Shown here: piece after piece, positions 29,601 through 41,960 of the stretch | How the letters are laid out: the number at the start of each line of letters is the position of its first letter | Numbering within the stretch: the first letter of the stretch is position 1 | Source: Ruditapes philippinarum | Lineage: Eukaryota | Reading direction: 5' to 3' | DNA length: 64,000 nt | NCBI RefSeq assembly: GCF_026571515.1 | Contig: NW_026864408.1 | Span: 62,001 to 126,000, forward strand | Notes under the pieces: model-generated | Databases searched by the model: none | Seen by the model: the letters and a program-made list of their open reading frames with translations, nothing else | Told to the model about the DNA's origin: nothing | Position numbers and translations under genes: made by a program

Positions 29601-32600
29601 TCTCTCTTTCCCACAAAGGTCGTAAACTTTGGCAGTACTCAGGACATTGGCTCGTAAACATCAAGTGAGACCTTTCTTTATGTATAAAATACTCATTTAT
29701 CAACATGGAAATCCATTCATTTTACTTTAGTGTATACATCTACAGGAACATAAATTCATGCTATAAATGTAGGACAAACATTCAATATACTGGACCAACA
29801 GGGTATTGCTTTGATTGTCAAGCCTTTTGAGTATAGTGAGGTAGCTAACTTTAATTTCTCATACTTTCCCAAAGCTCAATACATTTATTATCAGTGAAAA
29901 AGGCAACAGCACAATTTGCCTATTCAAACGTTATCACAAAGCGTCTGTACATCACAACTGGGCTTAAGCCCTTTTTGGGTGTTATCTGTTTGTTCTCAAA
30001 AAACAAGGGGGATAATCAAGATTAAAATTTGAAGATGGTGAAATGCACAAGTTTGCCTGCCTCTATTATAACAAGCAGCACTTTTGGTTTTAGCATTCAG
30101 AAGGGGTTTGCACCACTTTTCAAAAATAATTATATTTCACATATTACAATGTGCCAAATAAACATATTTAACACTTAATTGATGGCCAAAACACCTAAAA
30201 TATAAGCTTTCCACAGCGTTATAAATTTTTCGTGCCCCAAAAGAGGCGACACTTTAAAATTCTCATTAATGGCTATATGCAGGATTTTATGAATATTCAT
30301 ATCTTTCGTAAACATATATACTTTTATAAAGTTGTTTTCTATATGTTCATTACTTCCGGCTACATTATCTCCTAAAAGCCAGCTTCGTACGGGCAAGTGA
30401 CTTTCTATTGACCGAACCAATCCAAATTAACATTTCTTGCATGCCATTATTCATTGTCCTTCCATCAGCAGAATAAATATTATTCCAGACAAACAAAACA
30501 TTGCCTAATATCTAATATCTATAATTGAATATCTGTTGACAAAAGCAGACGAGACAATAGCAAGACGACAATAGCAGATGACAGGGACAATCTGTTGAAG
30601 TACCCTCTATCTTAATGTCTAAATCTCTGTTAATAATAGACAGCATTCAAGCAAAATGACAATAGAATCTTGAATAATATACATATACAGTATAATGTAC
30701 ATAGTTTAAATACATAAACATGCATAACTTCATATTTCATAATATCATTTCTGTTTCAAGTTAGAATTAAACACATTTTATGCTTCAAATTTTATGCATA
30801 ATTATTTCAAGTGATAAATCAAAAATATGTACATATATAGTGATATTTTTATAAATTTAAAATATAAATTCCAGAACATGAAATTTTATGCCATATAATC
30901 AACAAAAAATCTAGAACATGAATATCCATGCCATATAACCAACAATAATTCTAGAATAAGAAGATCCATGCCATATAACCAATAATAATTCTAGAGGTTT
31001 ATGTCATATAGTCAACAAAAATTCAAGAACATGAAAGTTCATGCCATATAACCAAGATAAATTACTGGAACATGAAAGCTCATTATGCCACATAACCAAC
31101 ATAAAAATTTCAAACATGAAATATCATGCCATATAACCAACAAAAATTCCAGAACTTGAAATGATAAACTAAGACTGTTTTCCTAAAACAATCAATGATT
31201 CAGATAGATTCATAGAATGAAAGAATAATCCCCGTATTAAAAGGAAACAACACCATTTGCATATATATAGCCGAGACGGCTATTTCGGAACTAATGCATT
31301 TCATTAATGCTAAAAAAAGCCGACATTAATATATCAGAATAAATGGAGGCTTTCTCTTGAGTACACTCCTTCTATTTCATGCACAGACACTCCCAGTCCC
31401 TTCTACAACACCATGCATTTTGTAATTATTATATCATTGTAATCAAATGACAATCTGCTTTTGTTCTAAATATCAATACAGATGTTGTCACTTTGTCAAA
31501 GTTAAGCTTTGACCTTTTCAGAAAAGGTTAAGTGTCCAACTTTCCATGAGAAAAGAATACTTGTTTTCCATTACAAAAAATATAGAAAGTCAAATTTAAA
31601 TCTCTGCAGGGGGAAAACTGGACAGATATGCACAGTAAAATTTCTTAAGTTTTAAGTCGGAAAACAACAAAAATGTTTAACTTAATGCCTATATAGCATA
31701 CTTTTCATCAGTTTTTATTTTAGCTACATTTGTATTTTAGCTCAACTAAAAGCTTCAACTAAAGCCACATCTTCCAGGAATCTATAATCAGTACTGGCAT
31801 AATATAAACAAATATACAATCATGGTGGTGTCCCCGAGTTTGGCTCAAACCCATAATCCCTAGGTTGCGAGGATTTAGCAATGCCGTATCTTAACCACTG
31901 CAGGTCACCAGGTTCCCCTATTTAATACAGAATCTTTTTTTTTTTCCTACGTGTTTTTTAATCATGTTACGTAACATAGCAACAGAAAGAATGCTGTGAG
32001 TGCCGAAGCTCATTCTACTTTCTTTATTTTATAATCCACAGACAATAAAAACATTGCGCACAAAGCTTAAAAGTTCATTGATGACTTGTTACTAATAGGT
32101 GTTAAATACCTCAGATAACATAAACTAACATTAATGTATGATTTATTTCATATTTTATGGGTAAAAGTTCATGTTTAATGAATACCATATGTCACAAATT
32201 ACTTGCACCACCATGTGTATTTTTTTATAATCTTACATGGTATGTAAAGTATAATTTATATTTTGTTAAAGGCCCATCCCTAAGAAATGCTATCATTTTA
32301 TTTCATAAACTTGCTATTTTTCAGGTATCTTGCTACAGTTTTCAAAAAAATACTCAATTGACATATAGATGAACTATCTTTTACTTATTTTGCTCTGTTG
32401 GCAATGGGTATATTCATAAGTGAATGAGTATTATTTGTATGGAAGTTAAAATACTACTTTGTTTACATTTTGCTACCTTTACCATAAATTACTACCCATT
32501 CAGCTAAACTTTCTTCAGTTGTTTAACATCTATATATGCTCTTAATCGATTATTAAGAGATTACATTTATTAAACACATGTTTGACATTTCTAAAGAATT

Positions 32601-35600
32601 ACAAAAATATGGATTTTTGAGGTATAATGTGCCTTTAAATAAGCCATAACTATCAGAGTTTAATAAACATGTAAAAGCAATTGCATTTTTGCAAAATGCA
32701 ATTCTATGAAAATTTCTAAAAATTTACAGATTGAATAGCCTTAGGGAACTATGCAGACATTATGATCAGACGGCACAGATGTACCTGTGGACGCTCATGG
32801 TCTGTACTGGTCACAACAGTGGGTCCTATAAATCAGTTGCAATCAGCAATACAAGAGCTAAATCAATTCATATTCATCATACAAATTCAGTATGGCAAGA
32901 GTAACGAACATATAAATGAATTGAACAGCACAAAGCCTGACCTCAACAAACTTTAATAACAATGTACGAAAGTGTTGCATTGAAGTGTATATAATAATAA
33001 AGCTTAAAATCTGAGGGCTTAATTGAATAGTCAAAAAAAATGTCAACATTTCAAGTCCGCTACATTTGAATTCATAACAATTTTTTTATCCGTCCATCAA
33101 GACATTGAATGGATCAATTGTTTTGTTTCTTCTGAATTCATTTTGAAAAAAAACATAATATTTAGATAGGACAAAGTTTCCCTTCCGGTGCACATTACCA
33201 AACTATACAAATATCCCGAAGGCGAGACCGTGGTAGCTATATGTGTCTTTTTATTTAAAGCTTGGTCAGGCGGACAAGTACAGATTAACAAATAAAGCCG
33301 CTTTTAATTCTCCGCTTTTAATTCTCCAACTCTATTTATTCATGTATATTGATCTTTTTCAAAAATAGATTTTAATGTACAACAATGTTTCATTGATTTG
33401 CACGCCTCTTCAAAACCGAGTACCAGGAACTGATGATGATGTAACATTGCATCACACACTTGTGCTAATGTGCATCACAAAAACAAGAGAGGCAAATAAT
33501 GAGTCACTTTGCTTCCAAGAAAAAAAAAACATTTCCAAAAAAAAGGAGGATATGAACTGTTGTTCAAGCTGTCCGACAATCTGATTGGTTAATAGAAAAA
33601 TACAAACCACAAATTCTAAAACTAACAGTACATTATTAAAGCAGCCTTTAGATTTTTATTTTTTTCGTAGGAAAAACAATCCTGTGTTATTTTAAACTAC
33701 CAGTAAGTGTTCCAGTAATTTCATCTTGAAAAAGTACATCAGTTCTGTGTACTGTTTAAGTCCTCTTCAACATTGCATCCCGAGAGCTATTTATAGTATG
33801 GAGTGACTTTGGTTTCTAAAAATAGAAGATCGTGTCCACCTTACTAATTTACATATAGAGAGGCTCAGAGTGGACAGTAGATTAGGGGTATCGAGAGGTT
33901 TCTTTATTGTTTAAGTTTTCCATCCATGGCAAATTTCATCTTCCATCTTAATTCTTTAGATTTGAAAATTATATGAATAATAATATCTGTCATATTTTGC
34001 GGTTCGGATCGGAATATCCGTCCCGAGGTGACCCGCCCATGGGCGGGTGACCGAGGGACGGATATTACGATCCGAACCGCAAACATATGTCAGATATTTT
34101 TTCTTGCATATTCTAGCATATTCCATTACATGTATATTTTAAATTCTTTATCTTTATTTTCAATGAAAATTTATATCATTACAACCGTATAACTACTTTC
34201 ATTCAACAGCGTATGAATTACAAAATCATTCATAACGGTAAAATGACGTCATATTTATCGTGCCATTGTACAGCACGCGACTCATCTGGAACCCCCCATG
34301 CCAGATGAAATTTCCGGCATGGGTAAAACTAACGGAAACGCCAGTCTGATATGCAAGAAACGATTTACCTACAAATAACAAATTTAACATAGTCACTTAA
34401 AGTGCTTCCAGGAAGTAGAAGTCTACACTAAGTGACCATACCAAGAAATACAAATGTATTTTAGGTAATAAACGATGACGATAATTTAGCAATAAACAAA
34501 TCCCTTACCATTCAAAATATCTTAAATGAACCATTGTGAAACAAAACTTTTCCGGGAAAATCTCAAAATATGTAGGGAGCAGCGAACAATGCAGACTTTG
34601 TTTAGACTGCAAGGATGTGGTGGCTGATTCTTGGCTCGCACTTATAATACAAGTATGGTCACCAATAGTCTAAGTGTTAAGATTTAGTCACAAACTTTTT
34701 GAATGCTCTTTTCAGTTTTTATATAACAAAATGTCAATAAGATGTACCATTTTTCACAAAAAAATGTTCTTTATTTGAAGTATTACAGATTTATGTTTTC
34801 AACTTATAAGTATTACAGATTTACAGATTTTTGTAAACTTGAAGCTGGCTTCTAAAAAGTAAAATTAAAGTAAAATTTAAAAAAAAATTAAATTTTGGTC
34901 ATGAACTTTTTTGTTTAAGAATCAGTGGAGTCCAACCTTGGAGTAATGTAAACTGATTAAAATAACATGTTAAATATGTATAAATCTTGCAGCAATAAAG
35001 ACCTACGTAAAATAATATTAATCTGAATTTTAATCTAAATCTTCCGACATGACCCACAAAAGTTTTGAAACAGTGGACTCTTGGCAGATACTCAAAACAA
35101 TATTATAAATAAAACAAGTAGGCTACAAGCGGCCAATAGCACACAGTCTTACATTCAGAACAAATTCTGAATTTTGACAAAAATCTACTTTGAAATTTGT
35201 TTACTTGGTTAAATAATTTGTTGTTGTTTTTTTTTGTAAAAGAATGAATCAAGTTCTTAATTACGATTATAACAACCTCTTTACTATATAATAAGCTGAT
35301 GATGAAAAGTTTTTTTTTTGACTCAAGTACTTAGTGCAGGGAATTAACAAATCATTTTCCAAGAACTACTTTTATGATTTTACAGATTATTTTTTTGTAT
35401 CACTTAACTCATAAATTAAGACTCCTTTCTGTGTTACAGATTGCCTTAAATTTTTCTTAGCACTGAAACAAAAGCATATAACTAAAGTATCTAAAATTCA
35501 AATTTTTATGCCAGACCTGAATGTACTTTTATTTTTATGTACTATTAGCTAATGCTAACAAGGAAATTTAAGTTTCATCTCTACCAATTATTTGCCTAGG

Positions 35601-38600
35601 GTCTTAATTAAAATCATAAATTGAATGTTGCATGTTGAGTATACTATAAGTATAGGCGATAATTATACACATCTTTATTGGATATATGATTCGTTTTTCT
35701 ACACAACCACACTGATGGAACGGCTCAGTTTGGCAACATCTAATACAACGCAATACAAAAATTCTCAAACACAACTCATTTTAAAGGTATTTGGACACTG
35801 ATTAGATAACTATGGAACAAGACTATTAACAAAAGCATAATTTTGTGGAAGTTAAAGCATAACAAAGTGCGGTACAATTTTATGTGAACTTTTTTCTTTT
35901 ATATTAAACAGTCATCAAAGACTGATGTCACTGGTGCAAAACAGTATAATTCTACATAATTTCATTACCAAGATGACTGATGTGGTTTTCTTTGATTAGT
36001 TATTCTTACTGAACAGGTCCAATCAAACGCCCTCGCGATTAATTGTATCAGACGCTCAACCATAAAATTTACTTTCTGTTTCATCTATATTCTTTCCTTG
36101 ATTATAATAACCATTATAAATATAAGAAAGTACCAAAAATGCAGGTGTAACCTGGTATAAAATTATTTTGCATATAAAAACTAATGCTTTACATGAGGAT
36201 AACAAACATTTATGTAGACTAAATACGTATAAAACATAACAATTAGCTACCTGTATAGTAGGTAAGAAACAACAAAATTTGCTTTATCGCGCGATCATAA
36301 ATTATTGCAGAGAAAACATTATAACGTTCCGAACATGGTTTTCATGTTTGATGTATGGTCCAAAAGACATGATGCAATATTGCAACATGTCATACGTTCC
36401 GCACATCAAAGGAAAAGACTGCATTACGAACATGTCGGTATGATTTGCACAGACTAAATACATCATGACTACACAAGTACATATACGCTTTAACATCATG
36501 TCGTAATGTTCTACTTTCTAAAACAGTTTACGAGGTCGATTCAAAACTGCTCGCTGACATAATTCGACCAGAGAAAAAAAAGAAGCTCACATCTTGTCCA
36601 GCCAGGACTTGAACATGACACACAAACATTATGGCCATAAAATTTCAAAAGAAGACCAGGCAGCATATCTAGGAGCGGCCTTCGCCATTGGTCAGATTCA
36701 AATTACTAGTGACCATACTACTGTAAATCACTTTATATTCGCGTGATCTTTATTTCGCGAAAACCCCACCCCCGGATTATTTCGCGTATTCATGAATTCG
36801 CGATGGCAGGGACAGAAATTTATATTCGCGATTATTTGGAATTCATTTCCGCAATATAACAAGAGTAGATTGAAGTTAATTCCTATACTATGTCGCTCTT
36901 ATGCAAGGTAAATGTTAATGGTGTTAATAATAAACAGTTTTTATTTATTTATTTTATATGCAAAATGTACCTACATACAGGTAATTGACTTATTATGAAC
37001 GGATTTTCTAATCATTTGTCAAATTTGTTTTTTGTTTGCAAATAGCGTGTTTGATAAAACGTTAAATGTTTGTAAGAAGGTGTTATATACTTGTTATAAT
37101 TCTTAATATACCGTGTGAAAATTGTCCGTTGATCACTGTTTTACCGTAAATCTATCTAAACAATTTGTGTTCACATTTGTCTGTAAAGTGCAAAATTTGT
37201 GGATATTGTCTCTTTTTGTGTTTTACATGCATGCATTCATGAGGAAAATGGAATGGGAAAAATCTTTAACCTTCAAATCTTTATTATTATGTAAATAAAA
37301 CATTGCACATATTAATTATTTGCATTCAGTTATTGTATTCATTATAAAATATGATCACAATTCGAAAAAAGTGTCATCAGATTTATTTTTTATAATGTAT
37401 GTTATGTTATAAAATTTACGCGGCATCATGAATTCGCGACGCGGCCGATTCGCGAATAATAGCGAAAATTAAAACATCGCGAAAAATACCGGATTTACAG
37501 TAGTTACTAGTAATCAGATGGATAAAAAATATTATAGACGGATGCTCTCGACTACATTTTTATCATCATAGCTATCTACATCATTTGTCATTCTTCATTG
37601 TTCCCTCATATGGAATATGCCTATCTTAGTTATGGACATATAATCTTTTAGGACGTAAAAAATGGCTTCATACTTATATTGTGAAGAACACACACAAATG
37701 CCACATCCACCAAAAATGTGTTAACAAAGCACTTAAGATTCTCTGAAATCAGAGGTTCAAAGGTTAAATGAGTGCAAATATATGTTCTGCTAAATGAACC
37801 CAAAAAGCTTCAACAAGCCAAAGGAAAATTAATGACCCATCAATTTTCATTCTTCCATGACATTACAAACCAAATTTCTGGCAAATATTACAAAGGTAAC
37901 TTGAAAGAAAAACAATCATATAAACAGTAAAAACATGACTGTAGTGATACCTACTTTATCAGCATTTTGTCAAAATATTACTGGGCAATGCCAGGAATTT
38001 TTTCTTTCTATGCTTCATAGAGAAAGATCAAAGTTGACTTAGTATGCAGTTAAAGTAACAAAAAACAAAAATAAAATATTAATGCCAACACAACAGTATT
38101 TTTTAGAAAGACAAAAAAACAATCATAATAAAGCATCATGATTCTACATTTAACATATCCATTTGATTCTGTTTGGCTCGGCAGTTAAAGGCAGATATGC
38201 CATGAAATATGCATGGCCACAGAAGACCCACCGCAAATATTCATAAGTAATCAATATTAATCATAAAATATAACACCCGGTATATCTATGATATAAGTAT
38301 TCCTACCATCAGGTAAGGGAAAAAATACAAAACAACTTAAATTAATTGAAAAAAAAAAACCATGGTTTATGGCAATTTGGGATTTGAGAAATTAGTTTGC
38401 CGAGAGCTAATCCGACACACAACTTTATTGGGGTTGAAGTAATAGGTGCATAATGTGCCTGTCAGAATTATGACCTAAGAACTTTGCTGAGGTTAGAACT
38501 TACTAAGCTGTCGCGTGACCTAAAACTTTGCTAATTTCATATAATTTTGAAGTTGAAACTAAGCTGTCACATGCAGTTAATCTTTGCTGCTGTTACAAAA

Positions 38601-41053
38601 TAATACGCAGTTACATGACCAATTACCTGACCAATTACAGTTACTAAATTTGCATATTGTTTACTGTTTGATACTATTTTCATCCTAAAATATGGCTTTA
38701 TATTTACTTTTATATCTTTTCTTTTACTAATTATTTACATACAATCTAGACAAACTTTAGTCTAGATATGTTAGGAGTAATAGATGACAACTGTCTTGTA
38801 AAGTAAAATTATAACAACAAGAATTTGCATGATTTATGTAGTGTTACACCCTGTACTGGCATTTGAATAATATATAGTATCAAGTAACACTGGCATACTT
38901 TTGTAATAATTATATTGTAATTTTTAATAGACATAACTTTGTAAAGTGCAAAATTTTACAACACAAAAAAATAAAAATTTTCACCAAAAAAAAATGGAGT
39001 TGATTTTACGTCGCACCAACATAGTAGAGTTCATACAGCAAATTTTCAGCTTTACTGGTTGAGGCAGGCCCCAAGTGCCCTTCTGTGCATTATTTCAGGC
39101 ACAAGCGGGGACTTGAGTAGAACCACCAATGTTTCGTAAGCTGGCTGGATAGGTCCCACACATGAAAGAATCTAAAATCCCTGGCAGCCATTTGAACCCA
39201 CAGCGGTAAAGGGCAAGTAGTTTGAAGTCACCGACCATAACCACTTGGCCAGGTACGCCCCATAAAATGTAGTTAATGACCTAAGAAATATGACATGCAA
39301 AAAGTGTTGGGGGAGGGCAAATATTTTAAGTGACCATAATAATCATTAATTAATTCAATGGTAGACTCAGTAGACAATACGATTTATCTTCCTTTTTAGC
39401 TTTGACATGTAGGTTGTGTCAAGGCTTTACTTTCTTCATAAATTCTTTTGTTAATTGTTAGTTATGAGTTGTGTTTTCATATTAATGTTGAACTGTTGAA
39501 TTTGACATTTTTTCAGACACTATGTACATTAAATTTTGTACATTTACAGAGTTTTCACCCCCCCCCCCCCCCCCAAAAAAAAAAGACTTGTAATAAAACT
39601 GAACAGTGAACAAATTTACAATATCCTGTTATATAACCTGAATTCTCGAAAAACAGAATCCGGTTTCAAACATAAACAAGGTTATCTTTTAAATACGGTA
39701 TGCTTATTTAGAACAACAAATTCTGAGGCAGTTACATATATAATTTACTTTTCTTAATGCATGGGTAACTGGTAACCTTCTACAAATTATGCTTGATACA
39801 TTTGTTTAATGTTTCTTGTAAGGTTAGGTCATGATCATTTCTATCACTGCACACATTTCATACTATGGGAACCAGAATAAACTTAACAGGACTTTGTCAT
39901 ATAGACAAAAATCAACTTCAGTTAATATAAAAATTATAATAAAATGGTTGATGATAAATTTCCAACTTAAGAATAGTTGGTTTAATTAGTAATTTATATC
40001 AATATTTTTAGAGCTTTATTGTAAAACAACTTCTTGCAACATTTACAACATTTCCATATCAATATAATGTAATCCTCACCATGAAACTAACCGGAACTGG
40101 CCATTGGTGTCATATGTAGAAACATGGTCAAAACCCTAGTAGGTCTAAAACGGCTATGTGGCAAATGCATTTTGAATGCATTTCAAGTAAAGAGACTGAT
40201 ACTTTATTCTTTTTCTAGATGAATTTAATTGTATTTACTGCAAATTTATGTGGTATGTGGAAAGTTATTTAATCATGAAAAAAATGTTAGTTTTTGCTGT
40301 TTAATTGTCAACTAAATTTTCTCACATAAACTATTCTGGAAGAGAATTAGTTTTCTAAAAATTGAATAATTTAGGATGTAGAATAAAGTTATCTCCAAAA
40401 TAATAACTGATATATCTTACACAGATTTTAAACATATACATTAATATTCAATAAGGTGTGAATTTATGCAGACTTAATAATTAATGAAAGATCTGCTTCA
40501 GCCTTATTTATAGTTACAAAGAAACTAAATATTGCATCATCAAATTTTTAACAATAAAAGTTACAAGTACAGTGTATATTTCCCATGCCCCTTTCACAAC
40601 ACCTTTATAGTTAGCAGCTGAAAGGGCAAACACCTGCGCCACTAACAAATTTAGCAATTATTACCTGATGTTACAATAGACTATAATTTATAAAACACTT
40701 ATCAATACTTAAAATAAATGTAAACAATACTAAAAGATGTGTCATTCAAATTCAAGGAAGTTGACATAAATATCATTTCATTAGACATATAAATCTGCTA
40801 CCTGTTATTTTTTCTACATACATTTAATTCTGAATAAACATAAAAAACAACAACTTACAGAACCGGCTCCTTCCAACACCCCCCTGGGTGAGACAAAAAT
40901 CCCAGATCCAATTATAGACCCAACTATGATTCCAACCCCGTTGAACAGCGTTATGGTCCGTTTTAATTTCACTGTCCCATCCTGGTCATCGCTTGGAGTC
41001 TCTGAAGAATCATGTCCACTACTGTTTCGATTTTTAACTTCTGTCGAAGTCAT
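2588..41053 (-). CDS. SLC7 family L-type amino acid transporter light chain, gene A (LAT1/JhI-21-like); complete 12-exon CDS, 493 aa
   Basis: Coding exons of 195/159/136/126/109/45/124/104/97/150/178/59 nt join in frame through GT-AG introns (1482 nt). LAT motifs: [27 protein letters not shown] (heavy-chain disulfide Cys), [39 protein letters not shown]. Exact orthologue not assignable by eye. Confidence 0.95.
3130..3307 (-). CDS. SLC7 gene A exon 11 (FNIAIPI...TGVPVY...TNFV)
   Basis: 178 nt, TM11-12, GTAAGT donor. Confidence 0.93.
3754..3903 (-). CDS. SLC7 gene A exon 10 (GGLSIIML...[10 protein letters not shown]...RPIK)
   Basis: 150 nt, phase 0/0, tttttcag acceptor, GTAATA donor. Confidence 0.92.
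3874..4290. repeat. About 96-bp tandem repeat (4 copies) spanning the intron 9/exon 10 junction of gene A
   Basis: CCTCCCTGAAAAA recurs, placing exon-start positions at 3903, 4000, 4096 and 4192. Confidence 0.9.
4601..4697 (-). CDS. SLC7 gene A exon 9 ([12 protein letters not shown]...PAMLFT)
   Basis: 97 nt, GTAAGA donor. Confidence 0.95.
5232..5335 (-). CDS. SLC7 gene A exon 8 (TFAEKVYG...[14 protein letters not shown])
   Basis: 104 nt, TM8 motif, GTAAGT donor. Confidence 0.93.
6048..6171 (-). CDS. SLC7 gene A exon 7 ([11 protein letters not shown]...SNAVAV)
   Basis: 124 nt, GTAAGT donor. Confidence 0.95.
6290..6474 (-). mobile_element. tRNA-headed SINE with V-like core (degraded relative at about 31740-31920)
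   Basis: GGGGAGCGGTGGCCAAGTGGTTAA head, CAGTACTGGTTGGTTCCAGGAAGCGGACTCG core. Confidence 0.65.
7027..7071 (-). CDS. SLC7 gene A exon 6 ([14 protein letters not shown])
   Basis: 45 nt, GTGAGT donor. Confidence 0.93.
7509..7695. repeat. Degenerate long hairpin (probably the same element class)
   Basis: AGGGTATTATCTGA...TCAGATAATACCCT arms. Confidence 0.55.
8153..8261 (-). CDS. SLC7 gene A exon 5 (...[14 protein letters not shown])
   Basis: 109 nt, TM6 motif, GTAAGT donor. Confidence 0.93.
8367..8581. mobile_element. Second copy of the palindromic MITE (left end truncated), nested in an older TIR element (about 8345-8652)
   Basis: Highly similar to 9662-9896; outer TAAACTCCA...TGGAGTTTA inverted repeat; a further remnant at about 4450-4520. 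Confidence 0.8.
9320..9445 (-). CDS. SLC7 gene A exon 4 ([28 protein letters not shown]...)
   Basis: 126 nt, phase 1/1, ttttcag acceptor, GTAGGT donor. Confidence 0.93.
9662..9896. mobile_element. Palindromic MITE (GAGCC...GGCTC, AWWT-like flanks, possibly Sola-related)
   Basis: About 105-bp arms forming a near-perfect hairpin; flanks ATAT / AAAT. Confidence 0.85.
11495..11563. repeat. Compound (TGAA)n(TCAA)n microsatellite
   Basis: Read directly from the sequence. Confidence 0.85.
11851..11921 (-). pseudogene. tRNA-Pro(AGG)-like pseudogene or SINE head
   Basis: Minus strand TGGTACAGGGGTA...CTCGTTTAGGGTGTGAGAGGTCAGGGGTTCCAATCCC closely follows tRNA-Pro; acceptor stem does not pair. Confidence 0.6.
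16531..16876. repeat. 28-bp minisatellite (CATTTGTGAAAATGGTCCCTTATCAAAG), about 12 copies
   Basis: Read directly from the sequence. Confidence 0.9.
17078..18373 (-). mobile_element. Helentron-associated (HINE-like) element with about 165-bp core tandem repeats and a duplicated end
   Basis: Subterminal IR GCTCGACTATTC (17105-16) / GAATAGTCGAGC (18140-51 and 18356-67), terminal hairpin CTGTC..GACAG, about 7 near-identical units. Confidence 0.8.
18962..19079. repeat. Long hairpin (probably the same element class)
   Basis: GTAAGTTCCATACTGAATTTATTG...CAATAAATTCAGTATGGAACTTAC arms. Confidence 0.65.
21116..21251 (-). CDS. SLC7 gene A exon 3 (VNLIIIRPT...LAALCI)
   Basis: tttcag acceptor, GTAAGT donor, phase 1; contains conserved Cys in FPSCDPP. 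Confidence 0.95.
21266..21508. repeat. Degenerate (ATC/ATT)n microsatellite next to the exon 3 acceptor
   Basis: Read directly from the sequence. Confidence 0.9.
21839..24245 (-). mobile_element. HINE-like element with about 120-bp core repeat (TGACCTTGACCTTTGACCC)
   Basis: ATGCCCCC / GGGGGCAT subterminal IR, GACC/GACG microsatellite, about 18 tandem units. Confidence 0.8.
25178..26319 (-). mobile_element. HINE-like element with 120-128-bp core repeat
   Basis: ATACCCCCGCA / TGCGGGGGTAT IR, GACG microsatellite, about 7 units. Confidence 0.8.
26669..26827 (-). CDS. SLC7 gene A exon 2 (VGVAIIVW...FLQLW)
   Basis: tttcag acceptor, GTAAGT donor, [20 protein letters not shown]. Confidence 0.95.
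26991..29150 (-). mobile_element. HINE-like element with 145-160-bp core repeat (AAAGGGCAATAACTCT)
   Basis: ATACCCCCA / TGGGGGTAT IR, (CCGA)n microsatellite, about 12 units of two length types. Confidence 0.8.
30870..31160. repeat. About 40-bp degenerate minisatellite (ATGCCATATAACCAACAA...)
   Basis: About 7 copies. Confidence 0.75.
33437..33506. promoter_or_regulatory. Inverted CARE pair plus AP-1 site, candidate intronic enhancer of gene A
   Basis: TGATGTAAC directly followed by ATTGCATCA (33437-54); TGAGTCA (33500-06). Confidence 0.5.
33970..34360. mobile_element. Long-hairpin element, same architecture, different sequence
   Basis: Hairpin 33982-34098, then IR TTCTTGCATAT (34101) / ATATGCAAGAA (34349). 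Confidence 0.7.
36721..37500. mobile_element. Tc1/mariner/pogo-type MITE
   Basis: TA-flanked CTGTAAATC...GATTTACAG termini, repeated TTCGCG/CGCGAA subterminal motifs. Confidence 0.8.
38995..39261 (-). mobile_element. tRNA-headed SINE, same core family, diverged copy
   Basis: TGGCCAAGTGG A box, GGTTCAAAT B box, core homologous to 48634-48750. Confidence 0.75.
40859..41053 (-). CDS. SLC7 gene A exon 1 (MTSTEVK...GVLEGAGS)
   Basis: ATG in aaaATGa context at 41053; [30 protein letters not shown]; GTAAGT donor, phase 0. Confidence 0.9.
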
Positions 41054-41099
41054 TTTGTCGTGTGATGAACCGCTAACTGGTTCGAAATCTGTGGAACTA

Positions 41100-41410
41100 C
41101 TGACTGAAAACACATGCACGTTGTTTTGGTATCAATTACGCATGCGCACAACTTCGGGGGCTGTACCATTTTCCAGTAGAGGTAGGTAAACAATGTACTA
41201 TTAAATTTGGCGCTACTATTTGTTTATGTAAACAGGCGAGTAAGCAAGGCATCTGCATCAACTTTTCAATAAAACTGAGACAATGTTCTAAACACTGATG
41301 AGAAAGAATGTATTTTTAAATCAGTACTTCTTCTAAAAAGTGTAGTGTAGGTATGTTGCTATAGCAGCTAACAAATACTATATTCCATTGATATATTTGC
41401 TGACGCAATA
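41100..41410 (-). promoter_or_regulatory. Putative proximal promoter of gene A
   Basis: Inr-like TCAGTC (41107-41102, which could instead be a splice acceptor), NRF1-like TGCGCATGCGTA (41137-48), GTAAACA twice (41186, 41228), E2F TTTGGCGC (41206-13), TGACGCAAT (41401-09). Confidence 0.5.
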
Positions 41411-41960
41411 TTTTCCCACGCTGTATGATTTTTGATAAAAGTAACACGGAGTGGCCTTGACCAGAAAGATTTCACTATGATGAGTCCTGATTCTAATTTT
41501 GTTTTAATAAGTAGCCATTATTATTATTTTATTTCACATATGACCTCAAATGTAATACGTTTATAACTGTTATTGTTATTTGTTGTTCAAAATTTTAAGC
41601 TTTGCATGGTTCCTCTTGCATAGGCCTATGCCTTAATTACACTGAAACTGCTTATAATTAGTTCCGCGTTATGACTGGATAAAAACATAGAATGATATTA
41701 ATGATTTAATAAAAACAACATTGTCAACGCAAAAAATATAAAGGAAAATATTAAACTATAATTTGAAAGAACTTAGAAAAATAATTCTTGTGTTTGTTTG
41801 TGTTTTTAGTCTTCACATTGTTTTTAATGATTTCAGAAATGCTTTAATTGTTCTCAATAAGAACAGTTTGAATTTTAATCATTACTAATTTATTAACACA
41901 ATTTTGAACTATTGCATTTAAGGCAGCTCGAGTTGTCCACATTTAAGTCCGTATATTAAT

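Noticed and set aside
41054-41119. N-terminal extension of gene A in the ORF track (MHVFSVSS...)
   Set aside because: It starts at GTG; the first ATG, in good context, is at 41053.
41290-41500. Other CTGATGA/TGATGAG hammerhead-like cores (41295, 41478)
   Set aside because: No stem II plus GAAA and no stem III or cleavage site follow.
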